From the NCBI GenBank assembly GCA_963708025.1, contig CAVPSB010000002.1:128001-192000 (forward strand): 64,000 nucleotides of DNA, given 5' to 3'. A program made the translations under genes and the position numbers. Source of the stretch: an uncultured Candidatus Rokubacteria bacterium (GTDB lineage: Bacteria > Methylomirabilota > Methylomirabilia > Rokubacteriales > DASRDR01). Positions within the stretch are counted from its first letter, which is position 1. The number at the start of each line of letters is the position of its first letter. Shown here piece after piece: positions 1-8,279 of this stretch. A model generated the notes under the pieces. That model searched no databases. It saw only the letters and a program-made list of their open reading frames with translations, and had not been told where the DNA came from.

Positions 1-1
1 C

Positions 2-94
2 ATCGACGGAACCGGATGCATGACCGTCCTCGACCTGAACCTCCTGGGCGACGCGCTGCGGGACGCCCTCGATCCCCGGCTCCGCCAGGTGTAG
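2..94 (+). CDS. 3' end of peptide ABC transporter permease (DppC/OppC family), partial at window edge
   Basis: Frame 2 reads ...TVLDLNLLGDALRDALDPRLRQV*, the typical DppC/OppC C-terminal motif. Confidence 0.75.
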   Translation: MDGTGCMTVLDLNLLGDALRDALDPRLRQV

Positions 95-107
95 GAGAAC
101 GCCATCG

Positions 108-2441
108 ATGACGACGCCCATCAGCCGTGAGTCCCTGTCGCAATCGCTGCCGGACCTGCGCGGACCGGTGCGGGTCCCAGGCCTCGGCGCGGGCGCCGAG
201 GTCTGGCGCGATCCCGAGGGCGTCCCGCACGTCCGGGCCGCCTCGGTCCACGACGCGTTCCTGGCCCAGGGCTTCGTCCACGCCCAGGACCGGCTCTGGC
301 ACATGGAGTACGACCGGCGGCGCGCCGCCGGGCGCTGGGCGGAGTGCGCCGGACCCTCGGCGGTCGCCCAGGACGTCCAGATGCGCCGCTTCCGCCTGGT
401 GGAGAGCGCCCGGGCGGACTACGCGGCCGTCGACGCCGAGACCCGCGCGATGCTCGATGCCTACGCGGCCGGCGTCAATGCCTTCCTCGGCACGACGGCG
501 AGCTGGCCGATCGAGCTGAGTCTCCTGGGCGCCACCCCCGAGCCCTGGCAGCCGTGGGACAGCCTGGCCGTCTTCAAGGTGCGCCACGTGCTGATGGGCG
601 TCTGGCAGACCAAGGCGTGGCGCGCGCGGCTGCTCCGGCACCTTGGGCCGGCCCGCACGGCCGAGCTGTGCCCGGGCACCCAGCCGAACCCGATGCTCAT
701 CGTCCCGCCGGGCGTCGAGTACCGTGGGCCCGCCACCGACGGCCTCCACGAGCTGACGGCCGGCGAGGCGGCGGTCGCGCACCTGCCGGAGTGGGAGAGC
801 GGCAGCAACAACTGGGCGCTGAGCGGCGAGCGGACCGCCTCCGGCAAGCCGCTGGTTGCCGGCGATCCCCACCGCCCCCTCGACGTCCCCAACGTCTACT
901 ATCAGAACCACGTCGCCTGTCCCGAGTTCGACGCCCTCGGGCTCTCGTTCCCCGGCGTCCCCGGTTTCCCGCACTTCGGCCACAATCGGGCCGTGGCCTG
1001 GTGCGTGACCCACACGGCCGCCGACTACCAGGACCTCTTCATCGAGCGCTTCGATCCCGCCGACCCGTCGCGCTACGAGTTCCGTGGCGAGTGGCGGCGG
1101 GCGGAGATCACGCGGGAGACCATCCGCGTGCGCGACGGCGCGCCGGTGGAGATCGACGTCGTCGTCACGGGCCACGGCCCCATCGTGCTCGGCGAGCCCC
1201 GGCAGGGCTACGCGATGGCCTTCCGCTACACCGCCACCGCGGCGCCCAACCGGACCGCCGAGGCCTTCCTGTCGATGCTGCGGGCGGCGACCGCCGACGA
1301 GCTGGAGGCCGCCATGCGGCCGTGGGTGGACCCGGTCAACAACTTCGTCTTCGCCGACATCCGCGGCGCGATCGGCTACAAGACCCGCGGCGAGGTGCCG
1401 ATCCGGTCGATGGCCAACGCCTGGCTGCCGGTCCCCGGCTGGGACGGCGCTCACGAGTGGCAGGGGGCGATCCCGTTCGAGGAGCTGCCCGCCGTGCGGA
1501 ACCCGGCGGTCGGCTTCGTCGCCACCGCCAACAGCCGCGTGGCGGACGCCGACTACCCCCACTACATCGGCCTCGACTTCGCGTCCGACTTCCGGACCCG
1601 GCGGCTCGTCGAGCGCCTCCGGGGCCTCCGCGGCGCCACGGTGGCCGACATGGTCGCCATCCACCGGGACCGCGTCTCGATCCCGGCCCGCGAGCTCGCC
1701 GAGATCCTGCGGGACGTCGCGGTGGCCGAGGCCGAGGTGAAGGAGGCGCGCGAGGTCCTGCTCGCCTGGGACGGCACCATGGAGCGGGAGGCGGTGGCGC
1801 CGACGATCTACGCGGTGTTCCGCGAGCGGCTGCTCCGTGACCTGATGGTGCCGATCCTCGGCCCCCTCGCCGCCGAGGCCTTCGCCGGCGCCCCCCGCGG
1901 CGCGGTCGCCCACATGGCGCGTCTGCGCGCGCGGCTCGGCGAGTGGATCCGGCGGGACGACCGGCGCTTCCTGCCGCCCGGTGCGGAATGGCCGGCGGTC
2001 CTGGCGCGGGCCCTGGCCGGGGCGGTCGCCGAGCTGCGAGAGCGACTCGGCCCCGACATGGCGCGCTGGCAGTGGGGGCGGATCCACGTGACCCGGCCTC
2101 AGCACCCCCTGTCGCTGCTTCGCCCCGAGTGGGCGCCGGCGCTCGATCCCCCGTCGGTCTCGATGGGCGGGGACGGGGAGACCGTCCAGAACACGTCCTT
2201 CATCGCCACGGCCGGCTACGCGATCACCGCGACCTCGGTCGCCCGCTACGCCTTCGACCTCGCCGACTGGGAGCGGAGCGGCTGGGTCGTGCCGCTCGGC
2301 GTCTCGGGGCATCCCGGGAGTACCCACTACGCCGATCAAATCCCAGCCTGGCAGGATGGCCGGCTCCTGCCGATGCGCTACGATTGGGAGCGGATCCGCC
2401 GCGAGGCCGAGACGCATCAGGTCCTGGCCCCGGCGGTGTGA
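108..2441 (+). CDS. Penicillin acylase family protein (Ntn hydrolase, peptidase S45)
   Basis: 777 aa; RDxxGVPH, AQDRLWxM, catalytic GSNNW, DPH, GxSGHPGSxHY motifs; GGAG SD. Confidence 0.95.
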   Translation: MTTPISRESLSQSLPDLRGPVRVPGLGAGAEVWRDPEGVPHVRAASVHDAFLAQGFVHAQDRLWHMEYDRRRAAGRWAECAGPSAVAQDVQMRRFRLVESARADYAAVDAETRAMLDAYAAGVNAFLGTTASWPIELSLLGATPEPWQPWDSLAVFKVRHVLMGVWQTKAWRARLLRHLGPARTAELCPGTQPNPMLIVPPGVEYRGPATDGLHELTAGEAAVAHLPEWESGSNNWALSGERTASGKPLVAGDPHRPLDVPNVYYQNHVACPEFDALGLSFPGVPGFPHFGHNRAVAWCVTHTAADYQDLFIERFDPADPSRYEFRGEWRRAEITRETIRVRDGAPVEIDVVVTGHGPIVLGEPRQGYAMAFRYTATAAPNRTAEAFLSMLRAATADELEAAMRPWVDPVNNFVFADIRGAIGYKTRGEVPIRSMANAWLPVPGWDGAHEWQGAIPFEELPAVRNPAVGFVATANSRVADADYPHYIGLDFASDFRTRRLVERLRGLRGATVADMVAIHRDRVSIPARELAEILRDVAVAEAEVKEAREVLLAWDGTMEREAVAPTIYAVFRERLLRDLMVPILGPLAAEAFAGAPRGAVAHMARLRARLGEWIRRDDRRFLPPGAEWPAVLARALAGAVAELRERLGPDMARWQWGRIHVTRPQHPLSLLRPEWAPALDPPSVSMGGDGETVQNTSFIATAGYAITATSVARYAFDLADWERSGWVVPLGVSGHPGSTHYADQIPAWQDGRLLPMRYDWERIRREAETHQVLAPAV

Positions 2442-2454
2442 AGGAGGGACCGGG

Positions 2455-2814
2455 ATGATCACGAGCGGCGCTGCCACCGTCATGGTCTCGAACATGGACC
2501 GCGCGGTCAACTTCTACACACGGGTGCTGGGCCTGAAGCTCATGACCCGGGCCGGGTCCGACTGGGCCGAGGTCGAGACCCCGGGGCTCACCATCGGGCT
2601 CCACCTGGCGGGCCACGGCCCGACGCCCGGCGCCCAGGGGGCCATCTCGATCGGCTTCGATGTCGCCGGCTCCCTCGAGACGGCGATGGCGACGCTCCGG
2701 GAGCGTGGCGTGCGGTTCGAGGGCCCGGTCGTCGACAACCCGCAGGTGAAGCTCGCCTTCTTCGGCGACCCCGACGGCAACGCGCTCTATCTCTGCGAGG
2801 TCAAGCATCACTAG
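2455..2814 (+). CDS. VOC/glyoxalase family protein
   Basis: AAGGAGG SD, ATG 2455; VSNMDRAVNFY..LGL and FxDPDGN motifs. Confidence 0.9.
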   Translation: MITSGAATVMVSNMDRAVNFYTRVLGLKLMTRAGSDWAEVETPGLTIGLHLAGHGPTPGAQGAISIGFDVAGSLETAMATLRERGVRFEGPVVDNPQVKLAFFGDPDGNALYLCEVKHH

Positions 2815-2815
2815 C

Positions 2816-3130
2816 AACATCGCGCGGACGGACATGGACGTCCACCCCAAGGAGCGCAAGGCCGGCGTCATCGGCCAGCGCCCCGAGGACCGGGCGCTGC
2901 TCGAGCGGATCCTGGGCCGGAAGCTCGTGGACCTCGGCCGCGCCCTCGACCCGGACAACGACCGGCTCTTCACCTGGTGGGCACCCTGGCGCAACCTCCG
3001 CCAGCGGAACATCGGCTGACAGCTCGACTACGTCCTGGCCAGCGAGCCGATCGCCCGCCGCGCCGCCGGCTGTGTGGTCCAGGCGGAGGTGGGGACCAGC
3101 GACTACGCGCCGGTCGTCGCGACGTCGCGC
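2816..3130 (+). pseudogene. xth: Exodeoxyribonuclease III C-terminal remnant, 5'-truncated, with internal stop
   Basis: NIARTDMDVH...FTWW..W...NIG*QLDYVL...TSDYAPV versus the ExoIII pattern NIA..DV / FTWW / N.GWR.DY / SDHAPV; TGA at 3017-3019. Confidence 0.85.
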
Positions 3131-3170
3131 CGGAGCCTCCACGACCTGAGAGGGTGTGAATCAATCAATC

Positions 3171-3258
3171 GGGTCCTCCGGCCCCCCCTCCCCCCAGCCA
3201 AAGGCCGAAGGCCGTCGAACGGTGGGGGAGGGGGGTTGGGGGGAGGGCGGGAGGTCCC
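3171..3258 (+). repeat. Palindromic intergenic repeat, family A copy 1
   Basis: GGGTCCTCCG...CCCCCCTCCCCC..CCAAAGGCCGAAGGCCGTC..GGTGGGGGAGGGGGG...CGGGAGGTCCC; matches reverse complements at 24732-24824 and 47500-47611. Confidence 0.85.
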
Positions 3259-3366
3259 GACCTGAAGTCGCGGCCGGCTCGTCCGGCCCGGGCTGTCCCG
3301 TCTGCTGGTACACCCCGATGGCGCCATCATGCGGCCTCTGGCACTGTTCGTTCCGGAGATCACCGC

Positions 3367-3678
3367 ATGATGCGCGCCGTTCTGCTGGTCAGCCTCGGCC
3401 TCGGCTTCGTGGGCGTGCCCCACACGGTCTGGCTGGTCGTGCTCGCGCTCCTCCTCACCGCGGTCTTCGGTCTGCCGGACTGGCGGGGGCTGAGCAAGCG
3501 TTCACCCGTCCTCGCCGTCCGCATCCGGCCTACGGGCGCCCACCACTTCCACTACTGCGCCGCCTGCGACGCCCAGTGGCTCCATCCCGGGGAGAGCACC
3601 GGCTGCACGCAGCACTGGGCGCTCCGCTGCCCGCGCTGCGCCCCGCTCTCGCCCCGGGACGAGCGACGGGTCGCCTGA
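3367..3678 (+). CDS. Small membrane-anchored Cys/His-rich hypothetical protein
   Basis: Hydrophobic N-terminus, then HxHxCxxC...WxH...C...HW...CPxC; GGAG SD. Confidence 0.65.
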   Translation: MMRAVLLVSLGLGFVGVPHTVWLVVLALLLTAVFGLPDWRGLSKRSPVLAVRIRPTGAHHFHYCAACDAQWLHPGESTGCTQHWALRCPRCAPLSPRDERRVA

Positions 3679-3840
3679 TCACGCCGGCCGCCGAGCGGCC
3701 GCTCCGTCCGCCCCGTCCGGAAATCGACCGCGCTGGCACGGAAGGCTCTCCCGGGCGATAATGTCGGCAGCATCGGCCGCGGTCGGGCGGCCGAATCCCC
3801 CCGTCGGTCCCAGGCGTCCCATCGGGCGAGGAGGTGCGAC

Positions 3841-4320
3841 ATGGCACTGAACATCGGTCTCACCGGCAAGAATCAGGGGGCCGTGGTGGCCATCCTGAAC
3901 ACCGTCCTGTCCGACGAGTACGTGCTCTACACCAAGACCCGCAACTACCACTGGAACGTCGTTGGCCCGCAGTTCAACGACCTCCACAAGTTCTTCGAGG
4001 CCCAGTACGAGGCCCTGGACGAGGTCGTGGACGACGTCGCCGAGCGGGCGCGCTCACTCGGCGGCAACGCCCTGGGGACGCTGGCCGAATTCACGCGGCA
4101 CACCCGGCTCAAGGAAAAAGTCGGCGAGTATCCGAACGCCCGCGCGATGCTCGCCGACCTGCTGGCCGACCACGAGACGCTGATCCGACAGCTTCGCGCG
4201 GATCTCGACGTGGTGATGGACAAGCATCACGACGCCGGCACCAGCGACTTCCTGACCGGCCTGATGGAGAAGCACGAGAAGATGGCGTGGATGCTGCGCG
4301 CGTTCCAGGAGGGGAGCTGA
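3841..4320 (+). CDS. dps: DNA starvation/stationary phase protection protein Dps
   Basis: HWNVVGPQFNDLHKFFEAQY, DDVAER, EKMAWML motifs; GAGGAGG SD. Confidence 0.97.
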   Translation: MALNIGLTGKNQGAVVAILNTVLSDEYVLYTKTRNYHWNVVGPQFNDLHKFFEAQYEALDEVVDDVAERARSLGGNALGTLAEFTRHTRLKEKVGEYPNARAMLADLLADHETLIRQLRADLDVVMDKHHDAGTSDFLTGLMEKHEKMAWMLRAFQEGS

Positions 4321-4350
4321 CGCGACGCCGGTCCATACCGGGCGCGTGAC

Positions 4351-4386
4351 GACCCCCCGGCCCCGCCGGGGGGTCTTTCGTTCTCG
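4351..4386 (+). terminator. Intrinsic terminator downstream of dps
   Basis: GACCCCCCGG-CCCCG-CCGGGGGGTC 10-bp stem followed by TTTCGTTCT. Confidence 0.7.
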
Positions 4387-4419
4387 CCGAGGGCGGGCTT
4401 CGAGAACCGGTCGGGCGGG

Positions 4420-4845
4420 CTACAGGCTCCGCTTCCGGCCGCGCAGGCCCCGGCGGCTGCCCTTGGTCTTGAAGGGCTTGCCGCGCGGCGCCGGCCGCAG
4501 GCCCCCGCCCCCGCCCCCGCCGAACGGATAGCCGCCTCCGCCGCCGTCCCCGGGCGGGCCCTCGAACGACCGGGGCGGCCGGGGACCTTCGGCGCGACGG
4601 CGGTCGTCGGCCATGTTGATCGTGAGCTTCCGGCCGCCCAGCTCGCGCGAGTTGAAGAGCCTGATCGCCTCGCTCGCCTCGGCCTCGCTCGTGAACTCCA
4701 CGAAGGCGAAGCCGCGCGGACGGCCGGTCTCCCGGTCGGTCGGGAGGCTCACCGCGACGATCTGCCCGGCCGGAGCCAGCAGGGCGGAAAGCTCGTCCCG
4801 GGTCGTCTGGTAGCTCAGGTTGCCGACGAAGATGCGGGCTGCGAT
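4420..4845 (-). CDS. RRM (RNP-1) RNA-binding protein with Gly/Arg-rich tail; probable ATC start
   Basis: AAGGAGG-6nt-ATC GCA GCC CGC ATC TTC GTC GGC AAC CTG gives (M)AARIFVGNLSY (RNP-2); RGFAFVEF (RNP-1). Confidence 0.9.
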   Translation of the reverse strand: MAARIFVGNLSYQTTRDELSALLAPAGQIVAVSLPTDRETGRPRGFAFVEFTSEAEASEAIRLFNSRELGGRKLTINMADDRRRAEGPRPPRSFEGPPGDGGGGGYPFGGGGGGGLRPAPRGKPFKTKGSRRGLRGRKRSL

Positions 4846-4964
4846 GGCGCGCCTCCTTCCTGTCTGACCCCCCGTGACCTCACCTCCCGGTCGCCCGGGG
4901 TCGGGTCACGGCCTGTGTTCCCGTACGGACAGCTTCTCACGACGACCGGCCCCCGGGGGTTAAT

Positions 4965-6153
4965 TTATCGGGGACGCCAGGACCGGGCTCGTCCGGTCCC
5001 GGCGCCCGCCGCAACCGCGGCGGCCGCCGGACGGTAGTCGAACCCCGCCAGCGTGACGCGCGTGATCCGCCCCCCCACCGACCGCTCGATCACCCGGAGG
5101 TCGGCCTCTTCCTCGGGGGCGACCAGCGTGAGCGCGTCGCCGGTCGCGCTGGCGCGTGCCGTGCGCCCGACGCGATGCACGTAGTCCTCGGTCGCGGGCG
5201 GCACGTCGAAGTTGACCACGTGGCTCAACGCGGGGATGTCGATCCCGCGGGCCGCGATGTCGGTCGCCACCAGCACGCGGAACCGCCCGTCCTTGAAGCC
5301 GGCCAGGGCCTGCGTCCGCTGGGCCTGGCTGCGGTTGCTGTGGATCCGGGCCACCGAGACGCCGTGCCGGTCCAGGAAGTCCGCGAGCCGGTTCGCCCGG
5401 TGCTTCGTCCGGGTGAAGGCGAGGACGCTCCGCACACCGGGCTGGCCCAGCAGCGCGACGAGGAGCGCCGACTTCAGCGGGGCCGGCACCGGATACGCGG
5501 CGTGGGTGATGCCCACCGCCGGCGCCGGCGGTCGCGCCACGTCGATCGCCACCGGGTCGCGCAGGACCTCGCCGGCGAGCGCCACGATCGGCGCGGGCAG
5601 CGTCGCCGAGTAGAGGAGCGTCTGGCGCCGCGCCGGAAGCCGGGCGAGGATCCGGCGAACGTCGGGCAGGAAGCCCATGTCGAGCATCCGGTCGGCCTCG
5701 TCCAGGACAAGGACCTCCAGGCCGGCCAGCCGGGCATAAGGGTACCGCAGATGGTCCAGCAGCCGGCCGGGCGTCGCGACCAGGATGTCGGCGCCCCGGC
5801 GGAGCGCCTCGACCTGCGGACTCATCGCGACGCCGCCGAAGATGGCGGCGCCACCGATCCGGGTGTGGCGGGCCAACCGGCGCCGCTCCTCGTCGATCTG
5901 CGCCGCCAGCTCCCGGGTGGGCGCCAGGACGAGGGCCCGGGTGACCCCGGGCTGCTTGCCGATCAGGCTTTGCAGGATTGGCAGCACGAAGGCGGCCGTC
6001 TTGCCACTGCCCGTCATGGCGCAGGCGAGGACGTCGCGGCCGGCGAGGGCCGGGGGGATGGCCTCCTTCTGGATCGGCGTCGGGACCGTGAAGCCGATCT
6101 CGTTGAACACCGCGCAGGAGGTCGGGGTGAAGGTCAAACGACGTGAACGACAT
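4965..6153 (-). CDS. DEAD-box RNA helicase (RhlE-like), one frameshift near 6105
   Basis: MSFTSFDL start; PTPIQ, AMTGSGKT, PTRELA, TPGRL, DEAD, SAT, ARGID, YVHRVGRTAR motifs. Confidence 0.95.
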
Positions 6154-6388
6154 GGCGAATGGGAATCCTCACCGGGCCCAACGGGGCCCGCTCAATCTTC
6201 CGTGGTGGTAGTGCTGGCGCGTCCCGACGTCGCGGAAGAGGCGGACAGGATGCGCGGTCTGAGCGGCCGAAGGCTCGGGAATCGAACCGACGCTCGAGTC
6301 AGACGTGAATGGACCGGCCACTGGACGGCAGGCCGCCGAGCCGGCCGGCGGCCGGGAAGAACCCCGGCGCCGGCGAGCGGGCGCCGCG

Positions 6389-6700
6389 TTACCAGCGGGG
6401 GGAGCGCCGCGGGCCGCCGCCGCCGCCGCCCGACCGGGACCCCCCACCGGCACCCGGCGAGTTCGCGACGTTCACCGTGAGCTTCCGGCCCTCGAAGGGC
6501 TGGTCGTTCAGCTTCGCGATCGCCTGCTGGGCTTCCTCGGCCGTCGCCATCTCGACGAAGCCGAAGCCGCGGGACTGCCCCGAGAACCGGTCGGTCACGA
6601 CGGCAGCGGACTCGACAGTGCCGCACTGGCCGAAGTACTCCCGTAGGCTCTCGGAGGTGGTCGAATAGGAAAGACCGCCAACGTACAACTTGGACGCCAT
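6389..6700 (-). CDS. RRM (RNP-1) RNA-binding protein, glycine-rich tail
   Basis: GGGAGG SD, MASKLYVGGLSY, RGFGFVEM. Confidence 0.95.
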   Translation of the reverse strand: MASKLYVGGLSYSTTSESLREYFGQCGTVESAAVVTDRFSGQSRGFGFVEMATAEEAQQAIAKLNDQPFEGRKLTVNVANSPGAGGGSRSGGGGGGPRRSPRW

Positions 6701-6846
6701 GGGGCGCCTCCCTGGAACCCCGGTCTGGCCGGGGGTAGACCTCTTCCGCACCTTGGTTCACGCCCCGGACACGCGGAAGAGCCTATCGGAGGCGAGGCCG
6801 GATTCGATGCGCTCGGTGGGCGCGGCAAATCGGCAGGACGCTCCGG

Positions 6847-6875
6847 AGTATAGCAGAGGCGGCGGCGATTGCCAT
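6847..6875 (-). promoter_or_regulatory. Putative extended -10 promoter for the RRM-helicase-RRM cluster
   Basis: Minus strand TG-C-TATACT at 6855-6847 with ATGGCA 17 nt upstream; implies a ~140-nt leader. Confidence 0.5.
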
Positions 6876-6905
6876 CAGAGATTTCGCCCGCCCCGGCGCC
6901 GTGGC

Positions 6906-6934
6906 TTGACCGTCCGGTGTCCGAGCAGTACGGT
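6906..6934 (+). promoter_or_regulatory. Putative sigma70 promoter upstream of DUF1499 gene
   Basis: TTGACC-N17-TACGGT. Confidence 0.45.
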
Positions 6935-7006
6935 CAGCGAGGAAGGAGGACGCTCCGTGTCCCGTCAGGATCCCGATCGACGGCGCCGTCGCGCGAGGAC
7001 GGCACC

Positions 7007-7813
7007 GTGAGCGAGCGCGATGGCCGGCCGGCCGGCTCGGCCCGCTCGCCACGCGGACGCCCGGCCGTCGCCTGGATCGCCGGGCTCGGTGTCGCCCTCG
7101 CCGTGCTGGCCGCGCTGGCCGTCGGGGTCGCCGGGCTGGGTTATCGCGTCCACTGGTGGTCGCTCGGCACCGGCTTCACGCTGCTCCGCTGGGGCGCCCG
7201 CCTCGGTCCGGCGGCCGCGGCCCTCTGCCTCGTCGGCGTGGTCGCGGCGGCGCTCGGCCGGTCCTGGCGGACCGCCGGCGCGGCGCTCGTGGGCGTGCTC
7301 CTGGGGCTGGTCGCGCTGGGCGTGCCGTGGTCGATGCAGCAGCACGGGCGGCGCGTTCCGCCCATCCACGACATCACGACCGACCTCGAGAGCCCGCCAC
7401 GGTTCGTCGCCATCCTGCCGCTCCGCCAGGGCGCCAGCAACCCGGCCGAGTACGGTGGGCCGGCGGTGGCGGCCCGGCAGCGCGAGGGCTATCCCGACCT
7501 CGGGCCGGCGACCTTCGCGGAGCCACCCGCCCGGGTCTTCCCCGCGGTCGAGGCCGCCGCCCGGCAGCTGGGCTGGCGGATCGTCGCCGCCGTGCCGGCC
7601 GAAGGCCGGCTCGAGGCCAGCGACACCACCGCGTGGTTCGGCTTCACCGACGACGTGGTGGTGCGCGTGAGCCCCCGGGACGGCGGCAGCCGCGTCGACG
7701 TCCGCTCCGTCTCCCGCATCGGCCGGAGCGACCTCGGCGCCAACGCCGCCCGCGTCCGCCGGTTCCTCGCCAAGCTGGCGGTGTCCGGGCTCACCTCGAC
7801 CCGGTCGGGCTAG
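7007..7813 (+). CDS. DUF1499 domain membrane protein
   Basis: N-terminal TM helices; PPIHDITTD, YPDL, EA.DTT.WFGFTDDVVVRV, DVRSVSRIGRSDLGANA.R. Confidence 0.9.
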   Translation: MSERDGRPAGSARSPRGRPAVAWIAGLGVALAVLAALAVGVAGLGYRVHWWSLGTGFTLLRWGARLGPAAAALCLVGVVAAALGRSWRTAGAALVGVLLGLVALGVPWSMQQHGRRVPPIHDITTDLESPPRFVAILPLRQGASNPAEYGGPAVAARQREGYPDLGPATFAEPPARVFPAVEAAARQLGWRIVAAVPAEGRLEASDTTAWFGFTDDVVVRVSPRDGGSRVDVRSVSRIGRSDLGANAARVRRFLAKLAVSGLTSTRSG

Positions 7814-8255
7814 TAGTCACCCGCGACGCCGGCCCGTCGGGCATCCTCCCGGATCCGGCCGAAGGTCCGAGCCCGCAGCGCGAAGTCCACGTCCGGGGCC
7901 TGGCGCGTGCGGATCCGGTACACGGCGACGAAGACGAGCACCCGGTCCGGCGAATCCACTCGATCTCCGACCACGGGATGAAGATGGGCGGGTGACAGAA
8001 GGACAGGACCACGGGCATCGCCGCCAGGTAGAGCCCGCGCGCGTCCACCGCGACGACGAGTCCCCCGTTGTAGCCGATCCACCCCCGGAAGACCCCGAAC
8101 CCCAGGCGGACGCGCGCTGGCGGGCGGCTCCCGCGAAGCGGATAGCGATGCGCGAGCGTCTGCCAGCGGCTCAGCCGGGAGAAGACGACGATCAGCGCCG
8201 GCGCCACCAGCAACGCCGGCAGCAGGAGGAGGAGCGCGACGAGGAGCCCGAACAT
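7810..8255 (-). CDS. Hypothetical membrane protein, frameshift near 7945
   Basis: TM N-terminus, W..LA.RY, GLYL, HPPIFIPWSEI; C-terminus continues in the frame ending at 7810. Confidence 0.65.
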
Positions 8256-8279
8256 CGGGGCGCCGCCCCGCCCGGTCCG

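Noticed and set aside
3017-3019. In-frame TGA in xth as Trp or Sec recoding
   Set aside because: TGA is the normal stop for many genes here, and the gene is also truncated and lacks its catalytic His.
3262-3366. CTG after the family A copy 1 SD, in frame with the 3367 ORF
   Set aside because: The extension has no protein-like features and the 3367 ATG has its own SD, so it is likely coincidental.
6270-6295. GGTTCGATTCCC (tRNA T-loop-like) on the minus strand
   Set aside because: The T-stem is imperfect and no acceptor, D or anticodon arms could be built.
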